Of a DNA stretch of 64,000 nt, positions 24,990 through 38,401 are shown piece after piece (the stretch's first letter is position 1; the number at the start of each line of letters is the position of its first letter). This DNA is from Mobula hypostoma (Eukaryota): positions 8,806,001 to 8,870,000 of the forward strand of contig NC_086101.1 of NCBI RefSeq assembly GCF_963921235.1. The letters are read 5' to 3'. The position numbers were made by a program, and so were the translations under genes. Below the pieces are notes generated by a model that did no database searches, was not told where the DNA came from, and saw nothing but the letters and a program-made list of their open reading frames with translations.

Positions 24990-25263
24990 GGGCACAGGAG
25001 TACATTCAGCCAGAGACTCATTCCACCGAGATGCAACACAGAGCGTCATAGGAAGTCATTCCTGCCTGTGACCATCAAACTTTACAACTCCTCCCTTGGA
25101 GGGTCAGACACCTTGAGCCAATAGGCTGGTCCTGGAATTATTTACTAGCATAATTTACATATTACTATTTAATTATTTATGGTTTTATTACTATTTATTA
25201 TTTATGGTGCAACTGTAACGAAAACCAATTTTCCCCGGGATCAATAAAGTATGACTATGACTA
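24990..25263 (+). mobile_element. Rex1/Babar-type LINE 3' fragment
   Basis: Matches the reverse complement of 39610-39890; AATAAA followed by (ATGACT)n tail. Confidence 0.75.
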
Positions 25264-27825
25264 AGATCAACGGAGCAGAATGTTGAAGGGAAAAGTCACT
25301 GGTGGGTGTTTTCCATCGGCCACCTAGTTGGTGCAGGAGGGAGGGCTTCATGTTTCTGGACAATTGGGCCTTGTTCCACGGAAGGTGGGACCTGTTTCGA
25401 CGGGACGGGTTGCACCTGAACTGCAGGATGAGTAACATCCTTGCGGGAAGTTTTTCTAGTGCTGCTCCTGGGGGTTTAAACTAGATTTTCAGGGGGAGGG
25501 GAACCAGAGTGTTAGAGCAGATAGTGAGGTCGAGGAGGATAAAGGTCATGCGAGAACTGCAAGTATAGTGCATGGAGTAAAGCCATGTATAAAATATAAA
25601 GAGGCTTTGAGGAAAGAGAAACAGAATAAAGGGCGCAAAGGTAGTAAGGTAGAAGGGCTGAAATGTGTGTACTTCAATGCAAGAAGCATCAGGAACAAAG
25701 GTGATGAACTGAGAGCTTGGATACATACATGGAATTATGATGTAGTGACCATTATAGAGACTTGGCTGGCACCAGGGCAGGAATGGATTCTCAATATTCC
25801 TGGATTTCAGAGCTTTAAAAGGGATGGGGGGGGGAGGGGAGGAGGGGTAGCATTACTGGTCAGAGATACTTTTACAGCGACAGAAAGGGTGGGTAATGTA
25901 GCAGGATCCTCTTTTGAGTCAGTATGGGTAGAAGTCAGGAACTGGAAGGGAGCAGTTACTCCACTGGGAGTATTCTATAGGACCCCTGGTAGCAGCCGAG
26001 ATACTGAGGAGCAGATTGGCAGGCAGATCTTGGAAAGGTGCAAAAGTAACAAGGTTGTTATCGTGGATGACTTTAGCATCCCTAATATTGATTGGCACCT
26101 GATTAGTTCCAATGGTTTAGACGGGGCAGAGTTTGTTAAGTGTGTCCAGGACGGAGCCTTGTCACAGTATGTTGACATGCCGACTAGGGGGAATGCCATA
26201 CTAGATCTAGTACTAGGTAATGAACCGGGTCAGGTCACAGATCTCTCAGTGGGTGAGCATCTGGGGGACAGTAACCACCGCTCCCTGGCCTATAACATTA
26301 TCATGGGAAAGGATAGAATCAGAGAGGACAGGAAAAGTTTTAATTGGGGAAGGGAAAATTATGAGGCTATAAGGCTAGAAATTACTGGTCTGAATTGGGA
26401 TGATATTTTTGCAGGGAAATGAACTATGGACATGTGGTCGATGTTTAGAGATCTCTTGTAGGATGTTAGGGATAAATTTGTCCTGGTGACGAAGATAAAG
26501 AATGGTAGGGTGAAGGAACCATGGGTGACAATTGAGGTGGAAAATCTAGTCAGGAGGAAGAAGGCAGCATACATGAGGTTTAGGAAGAAAGGATCAGATG
26601 GGTCTATTGAGGAATACAGGGTAGCAAGAAAGGAGGTTAAGAAGGGGTTGAGAAGAGCAAGAAGGGGGCATGAAAAGTTCTTGGAGATTAGGGTAAAAGA
26701 AAACCCCAAGGCATTCTTCAATTATGTGAAGAACAAAAGGATGACAGGAGTGAAGATAGGACCGGTCAGAGATAAAGGTGGGAAGATGTGCCTGGTGGCT
26801 GTGGAAATGAGCGAATTCCTCAATGAATACTTCTCTTCGGTATTCACCAATGAGAGGGAACTTGATGATGGTGAGGACAATATGAGAGAGGTTGATGTTC
26901 TGGAGCATGTTGATATTAAGGGAGAAGAGGTGTTGGAGTTGTTAAAATACATTAGGACAGATAAGTCCCCGGGGCCTGATGGACTATTCCCCAGGCTGCT
27001 CCATGAGGCGAGGGAAGAGATTGCTGAGCCTCTGGCTAGGATCTTTATGTCCTCGTTGTCCACGGGAATGTTACCCGAGGATTGGAGGGAGGCGAATGTT
27101 GTCCTCTTGTTCAAAAAAGGTAGTAAGGATAGTCCGGGTAATTATATACCAGTGAGCCTTACGTCTGTGGTGGGAAAGCTGTTGGAAAAGATTCTTAGAG
27201 ATAGGATCTATGGGCATTTAGAGAATCATGGTCTGATCAGGGACAGTCAGCATGGCTTTGTGAACTGCAGATTGCGTCTAACAAGCCTGATAGAGTTCTT
27301 TGAGGAGTTGACCAGGCATATAGATGAGGGTAGTGCAGTGGATGTGATCTACTTGGAATTTAGTAAGGCATTTGACAAGGTTCCACACGGTAGGCTTATT
27401 CAGAAAGTCAGAAAGCATGGGATCGAGGGAAGTTTGGCCAGGTGGATTCAGAATTGGCTTGCCTGCAGAAAGCAGAGGGTCATGGCGGAGGGAGTACATT
27501 CGGATTGGAGGGTTGTGACCAGTGGTGCCCCACAAGGATTGGTTCTGGGACCTCTACTTTTCGTGATTTTTATTAACGACCTGGATGAGCGGGTAGAAGG
27601 GTGGATTGGCAAGTTTGCAGACAACAGAAAGGTTGGTGGTGTTGTGGATAGTGTAGAGGATTGTCAAGGATTGCAGAGAGACATTGATAGGATGCAGAAG
27701 TGGGCTGAGAAGTGGCAGATGGAGTTCAACCTGGAGAAGTGTGCGGTGGTACACTTTGGAAGGACAAACTCCAAGGCAGAGTACAAAGATAAATGGCAGG
27801 ATACTTGAAAGTGTAGAGGAGCAGA

Positions 27826-30271
27826 TGTCATGGTCCGGATCGGAGTCCCTTTAAATTTACCTTGTTTATGTTACGATCCAGACCGTTGATTCCCTGTTTT
27901 CCCGTATCCCTCAACTTTGGTGATTAGAGGCAATTAACGCTCGGCTGAACCGGTAGTTTATCGTCTCCGGCTTTCGGCCCTTTGGCGCGGGAGCGTCTGC
28001 AAAGTCATCCAAGGTACGGTGTGCCGACGTCATCTGGCCGGAGCAAGCCTAGTCTCTGCCGAAGCGAGTGCCGGTAATTCGCCTCTCCTCACCTGAGCAA
28101 CCTTGTCAAGTTACCTCGCCAGAGCGAGCTTGCAAAGGTTCCTTACTGGAGTCGGTCCGTCAGTTAACCCGCTGGAGTGAATCAAGAACCTCTGTCTACT
28201 GTTCCCGGGCTGAGTCGAGAGCTCGCCACTACTCGGAGGCTCCAAGTCAAGTCCTGGCTCTGGCGACATTCAAGTTCCAAGTGAAGTCTTGTTCCTGGCG
28301 GTATTCTAGCACCAAGTCAAGTCCTGACCCTGGCAGCATTCTAGCATTAAGCAAGTCCTGGCCCTGGCGGCTTTCCACTTCTGAGTCAAGTCCTGGCCTT
28401 GGCGGTCCGTGATTCCTGTCCTACCCCCTTGTCTTAATCCCTTCTCTGCCCCTCTCGCCTCTGCAGCCACCGCCTGCACTTCGGTCTAGTTCCATCACCA
28501 CAGCTAGATAGGTACTGTCTGGTGTTCATTCGTGTTGGTCTTGTCTTGCCTTGTCCTCGCCTCCGTGGGGTAAGTCTGGCCGTCTTGCCGTTGCCCCGCG
28601 GGGAGTCATGTCTTGTCGTGTCTTGTCCTCGCCTCGGTGGGGTCGGTCAGGCCGTCTTGCCGTTGCCCCGCGGGGGGTCATAGAAACATAGAAACATAGA
28701 AAATAGGTGCAGGAGTAGGCCATTCGGCCCCTCGAGCTTGCACCGCCATTCAGTATGATCATGGCTGATCATCCAACTCAGAACCCTGCACCAGCCTTCC
28801 CTCCATACCCCCGATCCCTTTAGCCACAAGAGCCATATCTAACTCCCTCTTAAATATAGCCAATGAACTGGCCTCAACTGTTTCCTGTGGCAGAGAACTC
28901 CACAGATTCACCACTCTCTGTGTGAAGAAGTTTTTCCTAATCTCGGTCCTAAAAGGCTTCCCCTTTATCCTCAGACTGTGACCCCTCGTTCTGGACTTCC
29001 CCAACATCGGGAACAATCTTCCTGCATCTAGCCTGTACAATCCCTTTAGGATTTTATACATTTCAATAAGATCCCCCGTCAATCTTCTAAATTCCAACGA
29101 GTATAAGCCTAGTTCATCCATTCTTTCATCATATAAAAGTCCTGCCATCCCAGGAATCAATCTGGTGAACCTTCTCTGTACTCCCTCTATGGCAAGGATG
29201 TGTTTCCTCAGATCAGGGGACCAAAACTGCACCCAATACTCCAGGTGTGGTCTCACCAAGGCCTTGTACAACTGCAGTAGTACCTCCCTCCTCCTGTACT
29301 CGAATCCTCTTGCTATAAATGCCAGCATACCATTCACCTTTTTCACCGTCTGCTGTACCTGCATGCCCACTTTCAATGACTGGTGTATAATGACAGCCAG
29401 GTCTCGTTGCACCTCCCCTTTTCCTAATCGGCCACCATTCAGATAATAATCTGTTTTCCTATTTTTGCCACCAAAGTGGATAACCTCACTTTTACCCACA
29501 TTAAATTGCATCTGCCATGAATTTGCCCACTCACCCAACCTATCCAAGTCAACCTGCATCCTCTTAGCATCCTCCTCACAGCTAACACTGCCGCCCAGCT
29601 TCGTGTCATCCGCAAACTTGGAGATGCTGCATTTAATTCCCTCATCCAAGTCATTAATATATATTGTAAACAGCGGGGGTCCCAGCACTGAGCCTTGCGG
29701 TCATGTCTTGTCGTGTCTTGTCCTCGCCTCCGTGGGGTAGGTCAGGCCGTCTTGCCGTTGCCCCGCGGCGGGTCATAAGTCCTGGCCCTATGCCCTGTAC
29801 CCAAGGAGGGGACCCGGCTCTCTGTTCTCTGTGTGAGTCCCGGCTCTATGTCCCGTATCCAAGGAGGGGTCCTGACTCTGTGTTCTCTGGATGGGTCCAT
29901 GGTTCCATGTACCTGCTCCCCGAGACTGAGGCTCTGTTTTCTATGTTCCTCCTCTTCCTAGCCCATGTCATGTCCATGCCTGGTTCTGGGGTCCGAGCCG
30001 GAGGCAAGACCCAGGTATCGGGTCCTTGCCCAGTCTCAGGCTCGGAGTTCATACCCTAGCCTCTTCATGTCTCCTGAATTTCTGGGAGCCGATTCCGAGT
30101 CCAAGCCCAGACCCTTGGCCTAGTCGTAGTCCCGAGTCCTTGTCCATTTCGCTATTTCCTGCTCCTGCCTTGCTCTCCTGGTATCGAACAATAAACTAAA
30201 TCTAAGTAACCTCACAAGATGTGTCTTGCATTTGGGTCTACCCTTGCTCCCAAAGCCCCTCCATTGTGACA
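27826..30271 (+). mobile_element. Solo LTR (~1.4 kb without the nested CR1), related to the element at 46466-48501
   Basis: TGTCA...TGACA termini, 5-bp TSD GCAGA on both sides, AATAAA at ~30190, internal 72-bp tandem units; shares TGTCATGGTCCGG and GGCAAGACCCAGGTA with the 46466 LTR. Confidence 0.9.
28681..29700 (-). mobile_element. Young CR1 3' fragment nested in the solo LTR
   Basis: 309-aa RT C-terminal ORF, (TTTCTATG)n tail, flanking duplication GGTCAT. Confidence 0.92.
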
Positions 30272-30959
30272 GCAGAGGGATCTCGGGGTTCATGTCCACA
30301 GATCCCTGAAAGTTGCCTCACAGGTAGATAAGGTAGTTAAGAAAGGTTATGGAGTGTTCGCTTTCGTAAGTCGAGGGATAGAGTTTAAGAGTCACGAGAT
30401 AATGTTGCAGCACTATAAAACTCTGGTTCGGCCACACTTAGAGTACTGTGTCCAGTTCTGTTCGGCTCACTATAGGAAGGATGTGGAACCATTGGAAAGG
30501 GTACGGAGGAAATTTACCAGGATGCTGCCTGGTTTAGAGAGAGTGCATTATGATCAGAGATTAAGGGAGCTAGGGCTTTACTCTTTGGAGAGAAGGAGAA
30601 TGAGAGGAGACATGATAGAGTCATACAAGATATTGAGAGGAATAGATAGAGTAGACAGCCAGCACCTCTTCCCCAGGGCACCACTGCTCAATACAAGAGG
30701 ACATGGCTTTAAGGTAAGGGGTGGGAAGTTCAAGGGGGATATTAGAGGAAGGTTTTTTACTCAGAGAGTGGTTGGTGCGTGGAATGCACTGCCTGAATCA
30801 GTGGTGGAGGCAGATACACTAGTGAAGTTTAAGAGACTACTAGACAGGTATATGGAGGAATTTAAGTTGGGGGGTTATATGGGAAGCAGGGTTTAAGGGT
30901 CGGCGCAACATTGTGGGCCGAAGGGCCTGTTCTGTGCTGTACTGTTTTATGTTCTCTGC

Positions 30960-33900
30960 TCTAATAAAAATATTGCAGTGGCAGAGGAGATTAACCAAGA
31001 AATAACTGAGGCTCGTAAGAACAGAAAGGCAGTTGTCACGGGGTAATTTAACTTCCACATAGATTGGGTGAGATCAGGTTGGTCAAGGAAGTCTTGAGGA
31101 GGACTTCATAGTATGCATCCGTAATGGCTTTCTTGAGCAGCATGTTAGAGAACCTAGAAGGGAAAATGTAATCTTAGATCTCGTCCTGCGCAATGAGACA
31201 AGTAGGATTAACGATCTTGTAGTCAGGGATCCTCTTGGAAAGAGTGATCATAGTATGATTGAATTTCGCATACAGGTGGAGGATGAAATAGTTAGATCTA
31301 AAACTAGCTTATTATGCTTGAACAAGGGAGACTACAACGGGATGAGGCAGGAGTTAGCTAATGTAGATTGGGAGCACAAGCTATTTGGTTGGACAGTTGA
31401 GGAACAGTGGATTACTTTCAAAGAGATTTTTCACAGCGCTCAAAGAAAGTATATTCGAGTCAAAAGTAAGGACAGTAAGTGTGGGGAGTGCCAGCCTTGG
31501 ATAACTAAGGAAATAAAAGATGGTATCAAACTAAAAGCTCACGTGTCCCTTGGAAGACGAGAAGGGGAAATTGCTTTTGGGTGATAAAGAAATGCCTGAG
31601 GCATTGAACGACTATTTTGTGTCGGTCTTCGTGGTGGAGGACACGTCTAATATGCCAAAGAAGGATGTTATGAATGAAATGGGAGGTAAGGACCTCGATA
31701 AAATCATTGTCACTAAAGAGATAGTGACGAGCAAACTAGAGGGCCTGAAGGTAGATAAGTCCCCTGGTCAATAGACAATAGGTGCAGGAGTAGGCCATTC
31801 AACCCTTCGAGCCAGCACCACCGTTCACTGTGATCATGGCTGATCATTCACAATCAGTACCCTTTTCCTGCCTTCTCCCCATATCCCTTCACTCCGCTAT
31901 CTTTAAGAGCTCTATCTAGCTCTTTTTTTGAAAGAATCCAGAGAATTGGCCCCCACTGCCGTCTGAGGCAGAGCATTCCACAGAACCACAACCCTCTGTG
32001 AAAATGTTTTTCCTCAACTCCGTTCTAAATTGTCTACCCTTTATTCTTAAACTGTGGCCTGATGGGATGCATCCCAGGGTGCTGAAGGAATTGGCCGAGG
32101 TTATAGTAGACGCTTTGGTAAACATTTCTTGACTCTTGACTCTGGGCAGGTCCCAGCGGATTGGAAGACAGCAAATGTCACGCCGCTTTTAAAAAAAGGA
32201 TGTAGGCAAAGGACGGGCAACTATAGGTCAGTTAGCTTAACATCTGTAGCCGGGAAATTGCTTGAAGCTGTCATTAAGGAAGAAATAACGATACATATAG
32301 AAAGGAATGGCTCCATTAGACAGATACAGTACGGATTCAGAAAGGGCAGGTCCTGTTTGACAAACTTACTAGAGTTCTTTGAGGACATAATGAGTGCAAT
32401 GGATAGAGGGGACAAATGGATGTCGTATACTTGGATTTCCAGAAGGTGTTCGATAAGGTGCGGCACAAGAGACTTACAAATAAGATACGGGTGCATGGAG
32501 TCGGAGGAAGTTTATTGGCATGGATAGTGGTTTGGTTAACTAATAGAAGGCTGAGAGTTAGTATAAATGGGTGTTTCTCCGGTTGGCAGTCGGTGGTGAG
32601 TGGGGTGCCGCAGGGGACGGTGCTGGGACCGCAGCTGTTTAACATAGAAACGTAGAAACATAGAAAATAGGTGCAGGAGAAGGCCATTCGGCCCTTCGAG
32701 CCTGCACCGCCATTTATTATGATCATGGCTGATCATCCAACTCAGAACCCAGCCTTCCCTCCATACCCCCTTACCCCTGTAGCCACAAGGGCCATATCTA
32801 ACTCCCTCTTAAACATAGCCAATGAACTGGCCTCAACAGTTTCCTGTGGCAGAGAATTCCACAGATTCACCACTCTCTGTGTGAAGAAGTTTTTCCTAAT
32901 CTCGGTCCTAAAAGGCTTCCCCTCTATCCTCAAACTGTGACCCCTCGTTCTGGACCTCCCCAACATCGGGAACAATCTTCCCGCAGCTAGCTTGTCCAAT
33001 TCCTTTAGGATTTTATACGTTTCAATCAGATCCCCCCTCAATCTTCTAAATTCCAACGAGTACAAGCCCAGTTCATCCAGTCTTTCTTCATATGAAAGAC
33101 CTGCCATCCCAGGAATCAATCTGGTGAACCTTCTTTGTACTCCCTCCATGGCAAAGATGTCTTTCCTCAGATTAGGGGACCAAAACTGCACACAATACTC
33201 CAGGTGTGGTCTCACCAAGGCCTTGTACAACTGCAGTAGTACCTCCCTGCTCCTGTACTCGAATCCTCTCGCTATAAATGCCAGCATACCATTCGCCTTT
33301 TTCACCGCCTGCTGTACCTGCATGCCCACTTTCAATGACTGGTGTATAATGACACCCAGGTCTCGTTGCACCTCCCCTTTTCCTAATCGGCCACCATTCA
33401 GATAATAATCTGTTTTCCTATTTTTGCCACCAAAGTGGATAACTTCACATTTATCCACATTAAATTGCATCTGCCATGAGTTTGCCCACTCACCCAACCT
33501 ATCCAAGTCACCCTGCATCCTCTTAGCATCCTCCTCACTGCTAACACTGCCACCCAGCTTCGTGTCATCCGCAAACTTGGAGATGCTGCATTTAATTCCC
33601 TCATCCAAGTCATTAATATATATTGTAAACAACTGGGGTCCCAGCACTGAGCCTTGCGGTACCCCACTAGTCACCGCCTGCCATTCTGAAAAGGTCCCGT
33701 TTATTCCCACTCTTTGCTTCCTGTCTGCTAACCAATTCTCCACCCACACCAATACCTTACCCCCAATACCGTGTGCTTTAAGTTTGCACACTAATCTCCT
33801 GTGTGGGACCTTGTCAAAAGCCTTTTGAAAATCCAAATATACCACATCCACTGGTTCTCCCCTATCCACTCTACTAGTTACATCCTCAAAAAATTCTATG

Positions 33901-34992
33901 AGATTCGTCAGACATGATTTTCCTTTCACAAATCCATGCTGACTTTGTCCGATCATTTCACCGCTTTCCAAATGTGCTGTTATCACATCCTTGATAACTG
34001 ACTCCAGCAGTTTCCCCACCACCGACGTTAGGCTAACCGGTCTATAATTCCCCGGTTTCTCTCTCCCTCCTTTTTTAAAAAGTGGGGTCACATTAGCCAC
34101 CCTCCAATCCTCAGGAACTAGTCCAGAATCTAACGAGTTTTGAAAAATTATCACTAATGCATCCACTATTTCTTGGGCTACTTCCTTAAGCACTCTGGGA
34201 TGCAGACCATCTGGCCCTGGGGATTTATCTGCCTTCAATCCCTTCAATTTACCTAACACCACTTCCCTACTAACATGTACTTCACTCAGTTCCTCCATCT
34301 CACTGGACCCTCTGTCCCTTACTATTTCTGGAAGTTTACCATTTACATTGATGATTTGGAAGAGAGTACTGAGTGTAGCATAGCAACATTTGCTGATGAC
34401 ACTAAACTGAGTGGAAAAGCAATTTGTACAGATGACGTGGAGAGTCTGACAGGGATATAGACAGGTTAAATGAGTGGGCCGAGGTCTGGCAGATGGAATA
34501 CAATGTTGGTAAATGTGAGAGCATCCACTTTGGAAGGAATAATAGAAGAGCAGATTATTATTTAAATGGTGAAAGACTGCAGCATGCTGTTGTGCAGAGG
34601 GACTTGGGAGTGCTTGTTCATGAATCGCAAAAAGTTGCCTTGCAGGTACAGCAGGTTATTAAGAAGGCAAAGGGAATGTCGACCTTCATTGCTAGAGGGA
34701 TTGAGTTCGAGAGCAGGGAGATTTAGGACGGAGATGAGAAGTAACTGTTTTTCCCAGAGAGTGGTAAATCTGTGGAATTCTCAGCCCAAGGAAGCAGTTG
34801 GGGCTTCCTCACTAATTATATTTAAGATACAGTTAGGTAGGTTTTTACATAGCAAGGGAATTAAGAATTATGGGGAAAAGGCAGGTAGATGGAGCTGAGT
34901 TTACGGACAGATCAGCCATGATCTTATTGAACGGTGGGGTAGGCTCGATGGGCTGGATGGCCTACTCCTGCTCCTATTTCTTATGTTCTTAT
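30960..34992 (+). mobile_element. Decayed CR1 ORF2 interrupted by two inverted CR1 insertions (31771-32058 and 32643-34335)
   Basis: SDHSMI, GNYRSVSLTS, GVPQGTVLGPQLF|TIYIDD..FADDTK continue across both inserts. Confidence 0.85.
32643..34335 (-). mobile_element. Young 5'-truncated CR1 with an uninterrupted 518-aa RT ORF (32742-34298)
   Basis: GVPQGSVLGP and KFADDTK intact; tail (TTTCTA(T/C)G)n; flanking TTTA(A/C)CAT duplication. Confidence 0.95.
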
Positions 34993-36027
34993 GAAAAGAG
35001 AGACACAGAGACTGTAGATGCAGGAATCTGGACGGAAAATAGAGCTGCTGAGGAACTCAGCGGGTCAGACAGCATTTGTGGAGAAAAATGGACAGAAGAT
35101 ATTCCGGGTTGAGACAGTCCAGGTGAAGCATCTCAAACTGAAATGTCAATTGTCCATTTCTCTCCACAGATGCTGCCTGACCCTCGGTCTTCCTCCAAAA
35201 GCTCGTTTTGTTTAGCTTGAGGACTGAAGATAGTCAGACTGAGGTGTAAAAACGGTGGTGAAAGGTAAATTTATAGCAACTATTAAATCAGTTAATGGTA
35301 TGATACACGGGATGTGGAGAGAATCTGCTGTGAGGAGACTGATGCTGTGGCGATGACAAAGATGTGGCTGCAGGAATCACCACAGAACTGGACATTGTAC
35401 GCCACAGTGTGGAAAACATTCAACTCCTGATTTTCATTTCCCTTCTTGACTTCACCACATACGGCCTGGCTCCAAAAGTCCGGTCTCACTTGTTCTGAAC
35501 AGGAATTTCTTCCTAAATTGTGTGTCTGAGCTGAAGGTCATTATAGATAAGAGGGTTCAGCTGGAACAACCAAACTACGGAAAAATACTGGGGTGTTATT
35601 ATGTTATGCTTTGATGGAATCTTAAATGGCATAAAAAGGGGCATTTTCTTTGTGCAATGGGAAAGTTTTGACTGACGTTAGATCACCAGTGTTTGTGCTG
35701 AGATTTAGAGAAGATAGAGACGAGAGGATGGGGACTAGTGACGGGGAGTTATGAGAGAAATGGTCGGATCTGTGCCGCCCTTCTGATATTGCAGAGATCA
35801 GCTCAGTGAATGATAAGAATTATTTTGATTCTGTGCTGCTACTACTGCAGATTTTTGATTTTTCTATCTGTATTGCATTTGTGCTGGTTCTAATGAGGTG
35901 CTTTCATGTGGCCTTGAATATGTGTGCAACATCTGTTTTATCTGTGAATGCATATGTGAATACCCTGAGCTGAATCAGAAAATAACACAGAACGAATCTT
36001 AAATATCATTTTCTTTATACCCTGTGC

Positions 36028-36043
36028 GGCCAGCAGGTGGCGG
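36028..36043 (+). promoter_or_regulatory. CTCF-binding motif candidate
   Basis: GGCCAGCAGGTGGCGG matches CCASYAGRKGGCR exactly. Confidence 0.5.
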
Positions 36044-38401
36044 AATTGCTCCAGTTATTCGCTCTCACACTCTGCTTTCACCCAGTCGGGACGGAGTGTG
36101 TCAACTGATGCCAAGTGCACTCTCGTCGCTCCCCACTTTCCAGCAGGGGGTGTGGGGAAGTACTCTGGTACCGCCCCCCCCACCCCCGAGTCCTTACCAG
36201 GGAGGGAGCATCACAGACTGAGGGGATCACAAGTGAAACCGTCTGGTTTCTTTGCCCGTGTAAGTCTCGGGAAGACATTGTCTGGTCCCGTCAAACTTGT
36301 GAGATTGAGACGGCTCTCCCACCCGCAACCCCGGTTTGTGTGGATGCCGTGTAATTTTCTACTCTGTTAGATATTAGTGCCACGGAGTAACAGACAGGAA
36401 ACTGCATTCGAACAAAGGAAATATATTTATGAAACTTAACAGTTAGTAAAGAAAAACAAAAACAGAAGGGCCATTTTGATTAAACAGTCAAATGTACGAA
36501 GGGTGGATCTCAACGTTTCACCATATCTATTTATTACTATTTCTCGTTTTTCTTTCTCCTTGTATTTGCAGTTTGTTGTCTTTTGCACGCTGGTTGTCTG
36601 CCCTGTTTGTGCAGTCTTTCATTGATTCTATTGTGGCTGTTGTACTTATTGAGTATGCCCACAAGAAAATGAATCTCTGAGTTGTATATGGTGACATATA
36701 TGTCGTTTGATAATAAATATACTTTGAACTTTGGACTGAATACAGTAAACATGGGGGACAGAGGATGCTCTACACAGGGTGCACTGGTTACCCCTGTGTA
36801 ATCCAACAGACTGAAGGCCAAAATATTAAATGGCACAAATGTAGATATGTGTATTAAGAAACACCAGCAGATGTGGCTATTTTGACCATTGTGTCTGTCC
36901 TGTTCTTCACTCAGAACGTGGCTGACCTTTGACCTTAGTGCCACTTTCCTGTGCCCCCCCCCCCCCATCATCACGGAGCCCCAGAAATCGAGAAACCTTG
37001 TGGAGAGAATTCCAAAGTTTCACTGCTTTCTGCGTGGGGAAATTTCTCATCTCAGTCCTGCTGTGGAGACCTGTTATTTTGAGTCTGTGAACTCTGGTTC
37101 CACACACCAGCCAGATGAAACATCATTCCTGCCTCTGCTCTGTCAATACCCTGTGAGACTGTGTCTGTCTCAGTCAGACCACCTCTTATTCTTCTAACTT
37201 TGAGATAGGCCCAGCAGAGTGATCTCTCTGAGGACACTATTTAGAGGATAAAGCTTTAAAGTGAGAGGGTCAAAGTTGAAACAGGATGTTATGTTTCAGG
37301 ACATTACTATTCTCCTCACTGAAATCCCCAGCTTCAATCTGATCCTTCAAATGACATATCACTAATTACTCTTTTTCTTCCAACAGATTCACAGAATCAG
37401 CTAAAGTTATCTTGTGGCTTCTTTTTGCCCTCCCGATTTCCCTCTTCAGTGTACTCCGACATTCCTTGTATTTCACAAGGGAATCCCTTCATCGCAGTTA
37501 CGTTCACCTGACAAACAACTCCATCATTTTCCTGATCAGAGTTTGAATAAACCTCGTCAGCCAGGGTTCCCTCATCCCATCAGTGCTGACCTTCACTCTA
37601 ACAGGAACATACTGATCCCAAACCCGAACCCCGGCAAACTCTGTTCAGGATCCTCACTCACAAGATGTCTGTTTAGTTGGGAACACCCTCCTGTTCCACA
37701 CCTCTATTTTCTCCCCAGCCCTTTCCATCCTCCCTCAGTTTAGTCTGTCTATTGATCTGAAGAGAAATAGTGAGACAATAGTTCCCCTGCAGTGTCTGTG
37801 TGTGGAGCAAAGAGGGATGAGTGAGGTCTGGTTCCCCTCGTCTGTGTTTACTGTGGAGAAGGGAATGGAAGCTGGGAAATTTAGGGAGGAAAATAAATGG
37901 TATTGTCCTGAAACATGAGAAACAAGTGGTGATGCTGGAAGTCTTAAACACATAAAACTGGATAAACTCCTGGGGCCTGATCAAGTCCATCCTTGGACCT
38001 TGTGGGGAAAGCAAGGAAGAAGTTGCTGGGGCTTGGCTGAGATAATTTGAACATCAAATACTGAACTTTACCCCACAGGAACAGCCCCTGTGGCATGAGG
38101 TCCTGGGTGAGCTGATACAAAATTGGTTTGTGGTTGGAAGCAGAGGGTGGTGGTGGAGGGTTGTTTTTTCACACTGGATGTCCGTGACCAGAGCTGAACC
38201 ACAGGCATCGTTGCTTCCTCCATTCTGCTTGTTATTCATGTTAATGAATATGATGAGAGTGTAGGTGCGTGGTTAGTAAGTTTGTGGAAGTGAGGCAAAA
38301 GGAAAAAAATGAAAGAGGCCCTGAGGGCAAAGTTTACACAGAGAAGGTGATGAGTGTATCAAACGAGCTGCCACTGGAGGTGACAGCGGCAGGTAACTAC
38401 A

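Larger units (their letters stand above)
25322..30955 (+). mobile_element. CR1 LINE (ORF1 end and complete decayed ORF2) interrupted by a solo LTR at 27826-30271
   Basis: ORFs 25568-26422, 26486-27808 and 30354-30896; the CR1 sequence GAGGAGCAGA|GGGATCT resumes exactly after the insert. Confidence 0.92.

Noticed and set aside
32742..34298. 518-aa intact RT ORF as a functional gene
   Set aside because: It is a 5'-truncated young CR1 copy lacking promoter and endonuclease; recent insertion explains the open frame.
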